From Chromera velia (Eukaryota), in the NCBI GenBank assembly GCA_018398765.1, contig JAHBMJ010000046.1, positions 1-64,000 of the forward strand: a stretch of 64,000 nt of DNA. The letters run 5' to 3'. The translations under genes were made by a program, and so were the position numbers. Under the pieces are notes generated by a model. It had not been told where the DNA came from, searched no databases, and saw nothing but the letters and a program-made list of their open reading frames with translations. Positions 50,941 through 63,586 of this stretch are shown piece after piece. Numbering within the stretch: position 1 is the stretch's first letter; every line of letters starts with the position of its first letter.

Positions 50941-52334
50941 TTTTTGCTTGCCTGGTGGGTCTCTACTTTCTTCTGTCGTGCGCTGTCAAACATGACGACT
51001 CTCCACTTTTGTCTATCTTGCCGGCTTGCATGACTACTTTCCGCTAGCTTCCATCTTTCCTGTCTGCGTGTTAAGGGCCTCTCCAGTTTCATCCTATCTG
51101 CTAGCCCGTCTGCTTGCAGAAAGTCCGCTTCACTTTCATCTTCCTTGTCTCCTCATATAACGACCTTTTAGTCTTCATCTTTCTTGTCTGTCTGCGTGTA
51201 TGACCCCTCATTGGAACAAACAATATGCTCTAAATCTCGTCTGGTTGATAATTCCGTACAAAAGCTGACGTCTGTTCCAGTTTCATTTCTCTGGTTTTCT
51301 TTTCTGTTTTCATATGCTTGCATGCTGGCTTTTCCTGGACCACAGAGAATGTTTTTGCCTTCCTAAAATGTGAAATTTAAAGCAGAATCATTTGGAGGAG
51401 GATGGAGGATAGAGTTTACAACATTTGAACAAAAAACAACAAAGACTTCCTCACAAGGAATTTCTAGCAGAATTTTTAACATATTCATGATAGCAATACA
51501 TTGTGAGTTTACGTTTCTGTAAAATTCTTGTTGGGGAGAGATTTAGTAGGAAAACCGAAAAGACTTATGTTTATTCAAAGCCTCATTTGCAGCTGGACAT
51601 ATAAAATTAGAGATAGAAACAAAAGAAAAAAAAATGTGTAAACTTACGTAATTTAAGTTATAATTTATATACCACTGCGGGTAATTTACCAAATTTTGAA
51701 TACTTTTAACAAAGATAGATAAAGAACTTTGAAAAAAAAAATGATAGAACTTAAAATGGTTTGAATAGTTATGAATGGTTGTGGAATAGTATAAGAACAA
51801 ACCAGAACTCCTATACATGAAGATGAACACGCAAACATTGAACTTCTCTTCACTTTCATCTTTCATGCTTGAATGACGAACTCTCTACTTCTATCTTTCT
51901 GTCTGTTTGCATGATAGTTTTTCCACTTTCATCGTCCAGACTCCAGACAGTCTTTTTGCAAGACGGCCCTGAGGATTAATACTAAGAGGCTTTGGTCTAG
52001 ACAATTTTTTGCTGGGCCCCGGCATGCCACTGGAGCCTGTGGAAGTGGCATCCTGCATCATGCATGCAAATTCGGGTGCATGGGCAAGGAACATGCACTG
52101 TCAGGGGTGCTTTGATCAGGGGCGCCAGGGGCGCGAATTTTTTTGAACCGGTGTTGTCGCAGTCATTCGCAGTCAGACTATGTCAGACTGACTCTCATGA
52201 ATCTTTCAGGGTGAAGTTTCGGCTGTGACTCATACTCCAGTTGCATTGAACTGTCTGCGTAGATGGCCTCACTCTGTGACTAACTGCGGTTCTCAACTCT
52301 CGTGTCGCTTTCTGCAGGGCTTTGTTCTTACAGA

Positions 52335-55300
52335 ATGGCGGAGACGGTATCTGTCTTTCACGATGGGGGGAAGAGGAGACGGCTGACATTTGCGGACGTT
52401 GAGTTGGACTTTGAGTCCCCATTTTGTCTTGTGAACAGGGAGGATGGTCCTGAGACGCTTTTTTTTAAGGGGACCATTTCAGAAATAGAAAAGCTGGACC
52501 AGATACCGAGAAAGCAGAACAAAGGAAAGAGTGCAGTGTCTCTCGATGGAAGGACTTTCGACACGATATCCATGATCCCCTTTTCCCAGATTGCCGAACG
52601 AGGATTCAAGGTTCATAATGAGGGGGAGAAGATTCTTTGTCTCCAGATTGAGAGCGTCAGCAAATTGAACACAGAAACTCTCGCAAAGGCGATTCCTCCT
52701 GTCGACATCGAGTGTGAAGATGAATTCTCTTTCAGTAAGACGACTGAAGAGTATGAGGAAATAGTTCGAAATGTGAAGGAACTGGAAATTTGTGGCGGAG
52801 AGGGTTCCAGTTTTGTCACGCCCAACAGGCTGTCTGGGAAAATTCGGGACTTTGACGTCTCCAAGGCCCTCAGCATCTTCCGACGACTGATTCTGAACGA
52901 GTTCGGTTCCTACTGGTCAGTACTACGAGAGGCTTCTGATTATTTTTTGACGGCAATGGGGAGAAGCAGTGCCAGTCTTTGTAGATGGGTGTCCTCTCTC
53001 TCTTCTTCAGTGTGAATCTGCTTTTTCTGCATGCGTAGGCGTGTGCCGTGTCCTTCAAGTTGAGGCCCCATTCCTGCCCCCAGTTTTTGCTTTTTGGGAT
53101 GACTTCTGTGTGTACGTGCCTGCGTTCAGGAGCTTATGCTGAGCCCCTCTTCTGTAGAAATTAAGCTGCGTGCTGTGTTGTCCAAGCTCCTCCTCTCGAA
53201 TCTGCCGTCCGTCTTCCTCCTTCCCTCCTTCCCTTCCCCTCTTTGTACTTTTTCTTTCAGGAAGTTTCTATTTTTCGATGGCAAAAACTTTTTTGCGGGT
53301 GCGACACCGGAAAGGCACCTCTCCGTGGACGAGGGCAAGGTGCGGATGAATCCGATCTCCGGGACCTTCAGAAAGAACCAAAACCACACAGCGGAGACAC
53401 TCAAAAAGGTCAGACAGGGGTTGAGGATGTTAGATTGGGCACCCGTTTGTTTGGGATAGTGCGAGAGTGCAAGCTTGGAAAAGCAGATCGTTGTTCAAAG
53501 CTTCAGTGACGGAAATCTGGAAAGCAATGGGATAGGAGAAGAGTCTGTCGGCTCCTCTCTGTCTGTCTCTCATTGTGTTAATGATTTTTTGCGACGGGAT
53601 TTTTTGTGCTTCTGTGCTTCCTTTCTTCGAACAAGGTGTTTTTTGTCCGATTGTTCTTCTGAATGGATGATGCGCATGACAAAAGAATCAATCAAATTGA
53701 AAAACATCACAGAGAATCAATCAGTGAAGGCAACACATGAATGAACGAATCCATTCTTACAGGACCTGTTCGCCTTTCTCGAGAACGCCAAAGAGATCGA
53801 CGAGCTGTTCATGGTCACAGATGAGGAACTGAAGATGATGTGCAAAATCTGTCCGGATGGAGGTGCTGTGGTCAGTCCGTCCTTGCAAGCGTCCATGAGC
53901 CAGCCAGCCGGCCAGCAGATGAATTGAGTTCATGACATTCATTGGAGGATAGTCGGCAGCACAAGGTGCCTCTTATGACAACTCGCAGGGCCTTCTTCTA
54001 TGACTGTATTTTGCACTCTTCAAGTGCAGCAAAGGGGACGTGAAATGACCAAGACATGCGCTCAGACTTGTTCATATTCAACATGTGCACGTCCAACCCT
54101 CCTGATGTTTACGCCCTCCCTTCCTTCCTTCCTTCCTTCCTTCCTTCCAGGTGGGCCCCCTTCTGAAGGAGATGTCGCAGCTGATCCACACAGAGTACCT
54201 TCTCGAGGGCAACGCGAGGGGGAAGGACGTGATTGAGTGCTTTCGAAAAAGCATGTTCGCACCCACAGTCACGGGATCGCCTATGGGCAACGCGTGTGCA
54301 AGGCTGTCCGTCAGTCAGTCAGTCAGTCAGTGAAGGCATCCTGGTGTTGAAGGGAGAGAGGGTGCAGGTTCAAGAACGACTTCAAGAGGAGCCTTTTTTT
54401 CGCCCAGACCTTACCTCGCTGCTTCGTTTTCTTTTTCTGGTTTCTCTGTGAGAAAGCAGTGATTCATGAGAGAAGTCGGTACAGCATGCAAGAACAGCAA
54501 CGTGCGAAATCCTGCAATCACACACACTTGCACGGACAGAGAAGGTAACACACAAGTTTCGCGTAGAAGAATATAGAACGGCACTATTGAAATTGCAGGT
54601 ACAACTATGAGAAGGAGTCGAGAAAGTACTACTCAGCTGCGTGTGTGCTCATCGGCCACTTCGAAGACGGATCAGCCGCACTTCGGGAGAGCAACGGAGA
54701 CCATTCAGTCTCTTCAGATGACCCTGCACACGCACAGAGCATGAATGGAGGGGGGGCGACGAATAGAGATTCGTGTGCTCCGTCTCCCTCCCAGCCTGTG
54801 GATGCTTCTGTGGGTCTAGGGTCTCGAAAGAGAGGGGCGTCTCTTCTGAGTCGCGCCTTCTCAGGAGGGCTTCCTGTCGGAGAGGAATTTTTGGACTCGT
54901 GCATCACCATCAGAACTCAGGTAGGTGGGGTGGGTGGGTGGGTGGAGGGATTGGGGGGCAATCGGTTTTGCTGTTCCCTGCGTAGTTGGCTGGTCGGCAA
55001 TCAGACGGGAGTACAGGCGCCAAAAGCTCAGGTGGAAGTTCCCCCTCTTTTCTCTTTTCTTTCTCAGGCGTTTCAGTGTGGCTGCCTGATCGTCTTTTTT
55101 GTGTCCCCTGTTTTTTCTTCTGTCAGCTGTCTTCATTCCTGATTTTCCTGTGGGTGCGTCTGTTTGTTTTCAGGAAATCAGGGGAGATGGTAGATTCGAT
55201 ATTCGTGTGGGAGCAACGCTGGTGAAGGTCAGGGAGAGAGAGAGGTTGTGTGGAGAGGGGGGGGGATTGATGGTCATGGCAGTGCCTGCTCTTCTGCTTT

Positions 55301-58300
55301 TGCTTGTATTGCTTGTGTGTCAGTTTTCGCTCACGCCCTGTGTTCTTTTCCTGACTCTGCTCACCCGAGTGTTTGTTGATTGTTGGACCCCGACGGAGAA
55401 ACGTGGAGACGGCCGCCCCCCTCGGCCTCCTTTGCGAAAGGTGCAGATAAGAAACGTGATCGTTCATCCGTCCATTTGGTTCTCTTCCTCTGCTGTCATG
55501 CCTGTTCCTTCCTGCATGTGAAGAAGCCGCCCCATCACTCACGCATCCATGTTAGCGCTTTTCGTTCTCTTTGTTTCCCTGCTTTCTTCCCTCCCCCCTT
55601 CTCCCTCTGCCTCATTCCAGGATAGCGTGCCGTCGGAAGAAGTGAAGGAGACTGAGTGGAAATTGAAGGCGGCGATGTTGTCTTTGAAGAGCTCTGCAGA
55701 GTGTGCAAAGGTGAGAGAGTGAGCAGAATAGAATAAATGAAGAAAGGGGCAAAAAGGAAAGGAAACAGACTTTTGTCGAAACGCAGGCCGAGGAGGAAAA
55801 TAAAGACAGTCGCAAAAGAGAAAGATGCAAAGCTCAGGGACCTTGAAGACACAAAATCTCGTCGACTGATGCACAGAAAGATGTTTGGTTGCCCAACGGA
55901 TCTTGGAGGTCACTTCATTTACCACCTTAGTGACGAGAGTTCACTCTTTGGGGAGGTGGGCACTTCAGAGTGTTGATGTGCGTATGGTGCACGACAGGAA
56001 TGTGATCTGTCTTGAGCTATCAAAAGGGACAAACAGACCTTTGGTGCCATCAGAACGTGCTGTGCTGACGTGGGTCATCCTCTTTCTTCCCACTGCTCTC
56101 TGAACAGTCCAAAGCTTTTCTTTCTTGCCCGGGCGTTGCCCCCGTGCATGCACTTCCTTCTCTGCAGCGTCCCATCAGGTTCGACGAGGACGTGTTCACA
56201 ACGGAGGAGCAAAGGAAAGGTCTCATGGAGAGGCTTGAAAAGAGGTCAGATTGATGCGGAGAAAAGGGGCGAAGCTGGTAGAATGAATGTAGGTGCAGCA
56301 CAATGGAAGGATGGACATGCAGTTGATGCTTCTGAAGCTGAAAGCGAATGGAGCCTACCTCGCTTCGAAGATTCGCTCACGAACTCCTGCCTGGTTTTTC
56401 TGCCAGTTCGTGCAAACACACGCAGTCACTCACATGAACTTCTCTCTTCTGTCTCTGCCTCCGTAAAAGGGATATGCGACTGCTGACTTTGTTTGGCTTC
56501 CTTTTCTTCACTCTCTCTTTCAGTACAGCTCTTCTTTTTTTCCTCTCTTCCATCTCCGTTCGTTTTCCTTTTCTTGTTGTGTTTGCGCGCGGCCTGCGAA
56601 TCTTTTGAATTGAGCGCCCCCACCGCGGACATTAATTAAGTCTTACATGTTCCCTTCTCTGTCGTTGGTTGAACCCAGAATTATGATACTCTCTCTTCCG
56701 TCTTGCAGGAATTTGTCTGTGTCGAGATTCTGGCTGACCTCTCAGCCCGAGGACGCCCTGAGTGTGGCCCACCTGAAGGGCAAGAAGGCTCTGGTGTTGA
56801 ACAACGAGGATGACTTCGCTCATATGGTCAGTCAGTCAGTCAGGCGCACAGGTAGAGAGAGAGAGAGACATGCTTGAAAAAGACAGGGGTACAGGAGAAA
56901 TCGGGGAAGGAAAAATGGTGAGGAAGCACTTCTTGTCATGTCATTTTTCTCCAGTGAAGAGCAGCAGACATCCATGAGAGGATAGACGGGCGAACAGATT
57001 TTTACACAATGAACAGACTGCAAAGAGGTGACCGGGCAGAAGATCAATCCCCTATTGCATTCATCTATCGATCGTTCCTTTCTTATTTCGACTTCGCTCG
57101 CCTGGTGGCTGCTTACGCTTTTCGTGTCCTCCTTTGCTTTCCTTTCTTCTATCTGAGGGAGCTTTTGTCCATGAAATCATTGGAAGGCCCCGTGAGTCTA
57201 CGGAGCGTACGTGTAAATGATTGGCTGCCGATGTTGACTTAAGTATGGCATGCATCCACTTCGAATTCCTCACAACCTCACCTCTATTGCGTTTTTGAAT
57301 GAGCGCAGCTTGAACACATCATGATGAGACAGGGATGGGAAATCGCCACATTCAATTACGAGAGTGAGTCAGTGAAGTGTCTCTCTGCTTGTTTTTTGTT
57401 AGATCCGCATGGATCCTCTCTCTCCTTTTGAGTTATTTTTGACTTGCGAGACGAACAGAATGGTGTGTCCCCGCTGTATGTAGTTTTTTTCTCGTGCTGT
57501 CTTGCTTTTCTCTTTTTCCTCTCATTTCACTCCTCTCTTTCGTTATTTCTTATTGTCTGCCGCTGACAGCAGAGAATGATTGCGTTGTGAGGCCGTCGCG
57601 TCTATCTTTTTGCGCTTCATTCCCAGCTTTTTCTTCTGCTTTGCCCTTCCCCCCCTGCTTCCTCTGTCTGTCTGTCAGCCTTCGAGGACGAATGGAAGAA
57701 GCGCGAGGAGTTGGGAGAGCTGGACCTCGTGATTGTCGGACCGGGGCCGGGGGACCCCGCGTGCCCCCACTCTGACCGCATGAAGGTCGTCAGACGGGTC
57801 GTACAGAGGCTCCTGGACACAAACCAGGAATTCCTCTGCGTGTGCCTGGGGCATCAATGTCTTGGTTTACAGCTGGGTCTGGAGATTTGCAAGAAGGATT
57901 TTCCTCAGCAGGGCGAGCAGAAGATGCTCTCTGTTTTTGGAAAACAGCAGCGAGTCGGTTTCTACAACTCCTTCTTTGTCAAGGCGAGCGATCAACTGGC
58001 AACGGTCAGCGGGGGGGGGAAGCAAGGGCGGTCTTTGTTGCAAGGCACAGACTGTGCAATTCTTGTCCTCTTTTTCTTGAATGCCGTCAGAGTGTTCGAT
58101 CAGATGCCATGTCTCAATCACGACAAAAACACGACACACTTGTCAGGAGTTTGCAAGCGACTGCGTCCTTCATTCCGAGTGCCCCAAACAAAAAGTCCGT
58201 CCATTGCTGTATGTCTGTATGCAGACAATGGGGTTTGAGGTCTCGGAGGACCCGGAGACGCGTGAGATCTACGCGATGAGGAACAACCAGCTGGTTGCTT

Positions 58301-58827
58301 TCCAGTTCCACCCCGAGAGCATCCTCACAGAGAACGGATTTGAGATCATCAAGGACGCTACCAGGTCAGGAAGGAGGGAAGCTGGGCTGCATGGATATGG
58401 GAGTGGACAGGAAAAGCAGATAGAGAAGAAATGAGAATTTGGACTTGCAAGGATCAGGCGGAAGAAGGTGGATGGACAAATGAGGAGAGAGGAAGCTGGG
58501 CAGGAAGAGGGACCAAAAAAAGAAAAACGATATTGGCAGCTGCTCAGACACAATTAAGTTGATTGATGAAATTCCGTTCGGGAGGAATAGAAAAGAAGGA
58601 GAGAGTTGGATGTCTTGTGTTTGTCTGCCTGATAAGAAGAAGAGAGGAGGAAGAGAAGAAACATGTAGCCTGTCAGTCTCGTCAGCCAATTATGTATATT
58701 ATATCCACAAGCCTGTTTGTATTTCTTTCTGTCTCTCGATCGGGACCTTTGTTCATATCTGCTCCGCTGCTTGGCTGACATGAATGACTGATACGAAAGC
58801 AAAAAGCAAAAGAAGAGAAACCGTGCG

Positions 58828-58861
<34 letters not shown>

Positions 58862-59042
58862 GGTTATGACCCAGAGAGCAGCCGCAATGGAGGCTGAAAT
58901 CAGAAACCTTCGGTCCCCCTCCCACACACATTGTATGAGTGTTCTCCTTTCCGCTGATCGTTCGTTTGAAAATTCCGTCCCTATTCTTTGACTGGCTGGC
59001 TGGCTGGCTGACCGTGGAGAAAAAAGGAGAACACATAAGTCC

Positions 59043-59080
<38 letters not shown>

Positions 59081-59135
59081 TTTAACTGCCTGCAGCTATC
59101 TCTTGGAGAAGCGAAGTGCTAGGCTGAATTACTAG
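52335..59135 (+). CDS. PhzE-type fused chorismate aminase + type I glutamine amidotransferase (anthranilate / ADIC synthase), 13 exons, ~737 aa
   Basis: Exons 52335-52915, 53261-53408, 53763-53870, 54151-54305, 54599-54920, 55174-55227, 55621-55710, 56168-56244, 56709-56826, 57309-57363, 57679-58004, 58225-58364 and 59096-59135 all join in phase. Motifs GSYW, GATPERH, MNPISGTFR, KEIDELFMVTDEELKMM, GPLLKEM..L.HTEY, FAPTVTGSP, LDSCITIRT, VGATLV, GPGPGDP, CVCLGHQ, FQFHPES. Confidence 0.92.
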
Positions 59136-60647
59136 AGGTTCAGAAAGAAGACGGGGGGCAGATGGGGCCCAAAGGGCATCTAACTGAGTGCGTCAGTTTG
59201 GCCTTTCTCTTCTTGCCCCTCCTATTCGTCTCCCACCCCTCTGTATTTTGTTGGGCGTGCATCAGAAGAGAGAGGAGGTTGCCTTGGTGGAACTTGCCCT
59301 GTATCCCTTTGCCACATATCAGAGAAGAGTTGAATGCACGACTGGGGAAAGAGATGGCACACAGCTCAAACGTGTGTGGATGGATTTTACAGGGCTCTTT
59401 CACTGGGGCACTGCCATCCCACGCCAGCAGCAGCCGGCGAGCGAAGCTTTGACTTGAAGAGGATCGAAGGAAGAAGCCTGTTTGATTGCCTTGAATGATC
59501 AGAAGACTTGTCTGACCGATGATCGGAAGGTTTGGCTGGACAGTCGCGTTCTTGTTCGTCGACCCGTGCACGGACTTTGGTGGGAAACAGTCCATTCACT
59601 TCATGATTTAGAGGGAAGATCCGCCTGCTGAATTGATCCTGAAGAGAATTGACGTATTGAAAGAATTTCAGCACTGAAAAAGGTGGAGAGTCCGATCGGA
59701 TCGACACCCTTTTTTCCTTATTTTTTTCACTATTGAGTCGTAGCATTGACACTATTAGGCGTTTTTCGTCTCTCTTTCTCTAGTAGCTCTTTCTTTACAT
59801 ACATACACTCTTGATGCACGTCCAAGTATCATCGGAGTATATATATGTTCGAGTCTTCTTTTTTTTTCATTTATAACAATAGATTCATAAATCATTTTTA
59901 ACTTAGCATTTAACTGATAATTGTCGATAGATTAAAGAAGTATTCCTAGAAGTACTCCGATTCTGACGAGTCAGGGCCACACTGTCAGGCTATATACTCT
60001 AGCTTAATTGAATAATTTATGATTTGAATCTTTAATGATTAACTAAATTTATCTAGCTAGACATCTATAGTTTTAATCTTAGACTTCTTAGTGCTTTTTA
60101 AGCTAGATCTCAAGCTTAAACCCCTAGTTAAACCCATTTATAATGCATGAGTCGACGATCATGCCTTTAATTTCTAGTGAAAAAAGAAACGTTGTGTGTA
60201 AAGCACGTCATATATGCAAAGGCTTAGACAGCGTGTGTGTAACAATTAAAGAGGTTAATTAAAAACGGCCTGGAAGAGATTTCAGGCCTACTTCCAGGCG
60301 GGCTAATTAAGGGGAAGACTATATGGAATTCGGAACTCGAATTCGGGTTTTACAGCCCATCTAGTAGCCTATTTTGTGTGGCAGTCTAGGCTGAAGAGTT
60401 TAGACTTCTCTACAGAGTCTGCTAGAATATCTAGAAAACACTGGAGCTCTTCTATTACGACTTCTATCAATGTGTCAAGCTTTTCTGCCCCTCCCAACAC
60501 AGGGTTTCAAACATTTTTGCGTGCAAATCATAGCGTCTAGGAAGGTTTTCCCTAGGGTTTTCCGTCTTCCTTTTCTCATACAACACCTCCAGGTACCTTA
60601 GTAAAATAAGAAAAGGTACTGACTGCAACCTTCCCCCGAAAGGGAAC

Positions 60648-60930
60648 CTAGCGACCCTCTAGGCGACCCTTCGCCTGATTCGCCTCAAGCAACAGGGATC
60701 CCGCTAGATGATCGACGACATAGGTCTCTCCCTGAAATTCCCATTCGACTTTGGCTGCCTGCCAGAGGTTTAGTCTCATTGTATCTCTCAGCGCAGAGAG
60801 AACCCTCACACGCCCCATCGCGCAGGCATCGAGAAGGACGGAGAGGACATACGGGGTGTTTTCTTTGACAAACTCTTCGAAGGGATCGGAGGAGAACAGA
60901 GCCTCAAGACCACCAGTCGGCCAGTCCCGA

Positions 60931-60962
<32 letters not shown>

Positions 60963-61359
60963 AAAGGATTGATGCAATCAAATCGAAAAAATGCGGTGCG
61001 AGGCAGACTGCAGTCCGTTTGCGATCAGTAGGCCCCTTCCCTTGCCCCCCCCTCAAGTTGCACGACTGTTCTTGATTTGGTTAACCAGGTGGAAAGACAA
61101 GAAAAGGAGGAAAACTGTTTCAATCGTCAGACTCTCGTGAGTGAGTGAATGAATGCGCACTCACATACAAGCAGAGCGTTAAGCAACAAACCCTCCTGCT
61201 TCGGCACCTGCCGAAGAAATCTATCAAGGAAGAGAGTCCCCTGTCCCTCTCCCTCTCTCTCACCCCAATCAATTAAATATTTAATCCAGACAGACGCTTC
61301 ACCTGACTGCACTTCAGTGCCGCCTGCCGTGTCGACCGTGCTGGAGGAGGAAACCCCGC

Positions 61360-61390
<31 letters not shown>

Positions 61391-63254
61391 TCACAACAAC
61401 AAAGTCATTCCATGCATGCCCCAATTATGTTTCTAGACAGAAAGACAGATCGACGCAGAGGACAAGCGCATGCAAGGAGCAAAGTAATGTCGAATTTGTC
61501 TCCTCCTCTCTTTGTTTCTCTGCATTCTTGCTCTTCCTGTGCATTCGAAAGAGCGGCAATGAGCGACGGACAATACATCCTCTTGTTCCCTGCATGCTTC
61601 TTTCCCTTTTCTTCTCCCCATCTTTCCCCCCCCTCATCTTTATGCCTCACTTCCGCCCCCCCCCCTTTTGTTGCGCCAGGCGTTCAGCACTTCTCTAATC
61701 AGACAGCTCAAGCAGAGGTCCAAGGTCTCCTTCTCCTGGCTGAAGAGTTCGTGCTCTCCTCCCCTTCCCCCACCCCCCGCTGGAGGCCAAATGACCTTCG
61801 TGGACATAAAATGGTGTTGAGCTTCTTGCCGACGCCAACAGAATACCGCGCGGATCCCCGACTTCTCGAAGCCCTTCATGGCCCTCAACAACCAATCCTG
61901 CAAGGGCGCGTTGTCGATCTCCAACGTCCACGCTGACTCTGGGCGGTGCTCTGCTCGAGGGAGGATCCACCCGATCACAGCACAGTTCGCTGCGGCCCAC
62001 GGCGTCGGAAATTCCGCACGTCGCAACTCTCTGCACAAAGGATTGAACGATCGCCTGATTCAAATGAATGGATATGAAGCATGATTCAAACGGATAATTA
62101 TGAATAGAAAAGATGAAAAGCGGGGGGGGGAATGATAGACGCATCCTTTTTCTCAACCTGCTTCTCTGACTCCATCTGCGTTTGTCTTGTGCAATCATTT
62201 CCCTTTGTTGTGTGATTGGTAACTTCAACATCTGTCACTTTTCCCATTTCTTGCTCCTCCGGCTGGATCTCTTGTGTTTTTGTTTGTGTCTGGTATTTCC
62301 ATGCATCTCTTCATCAGTCATCATCCATTGATCGTCAGACACCCTTTCTGATCTGCACAAAGTCATTCGATTTATTTCTGTCTCGTGCGCATACAAAAAT
62401 ACAGACACTTTTCTTTTTTTAACTCACGCTTTGATCATCTGATCGCTCAATCCAAACAAGACGGTAGCCTCAGAAGGACTAATCCTCTCTCTGGGCTGGG
62501 GGGGCGAGAGGGTTTCTCTCGATCCTCTGGGCTGTTGTGAGAGGGCGGGAGAGCGGGGGGGGTCCGGGGACCTGGGGGGTATACCGGGGGATCGAGGAGG
62601 GAGACGAGATCGATCCCCAGGCCCCAGACACGTCTTCACACTGCCATCACTTTTGGAGACGAATTTATTGCTTGGAGGACCGGGGCCCCTTACAGAGAGA
62701 GAGGGGGAGAATGGACCTTCATGATCCCCCAAGGATCTCGTCACTGTATTTGGGGAAGGACGCAGTACTAATCTCTCGCTTGCCCTCCCAGGAGAAGACA
62801 AAGGGGGACGCCCATTCCTTGCCCTGAACCCCCCATTTTCTCCTCCCCTTTCCTGGGAACCTCTGGATTCCGATCTAACGCTCCCTCCACGCACACTCAA
62901 TCGACTCGCTTCGATCAGTCGAGCCCCTGTTTCTGAAGGCCATGTTTTTTGGATCACCGTCATTGCTCCGTCGAATGCATTTACGAGTGCAAACTCAAGA
63001 GTGTCGGCAGAGTGAGACAACGTAATCTCTCTCTGGGGCCGATTTTCGTCGGCAGCGGGCCCGGCGATGACGGACGCCGCCTGCCACCCTTTTCTCGGCC
63101 CCATGGTGACCCCCACAGACAGTTCGACTCCCGTTTCCCAAACAGCCGACGCGACCTCCTGAACCGGAACTCTCCTGAAGATATCCCTCTTCAGAGTGCT
63201 CAGACAGACCTTCTGCACAGTCGCAGTCGGACTGCAAGGGGAGACGCCAACCAT
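60648..63254 (-). CDS. Multi-exon hypothetical protein; 5' part probably lies further upstream or outside the window
   Basis: Protein-like exon candidates at ~62430-63254, ~61650-62030, ~61180-61345 and ~60648-60926, with GT/AG boundaries and microsatellite-bearing introns. No family recognised. Confidence 0.5.
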
Positions 63255-63522
63255 GGAGACAAAGGTGCACGGACAAGAGGTGGAAAAGAGAGAAGGTCAA
63301 AGAGAAGTTTGAAAAAGGAAAACGATTATTTCCCAAGGCCGCAGGGACATGGCCATCCGTACACCGCGTCCCCCACCGACCCCTCATTGGTGATTAACGT
63401 TCATTAAAGTAAAGGCGAAAGGGGGAAAAGGGAAAAGGGGTTCAGACAGACGAAGTCCACAGATAGGGAAACAACACAGAAATCTGGATCGGAGAGAGAT
63501 AGACAGCAAAGACGTTTTTGCA

Positions 63523-63586
<64 letters not shown>

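Noticed and set aside
52335..59135. Phenazine biosynthetic gene cluster or bacterial contamination
   Set aside because: No other phz genes are nearby; the gene has 12 spliceosomal introns and neighbours RPL10A.
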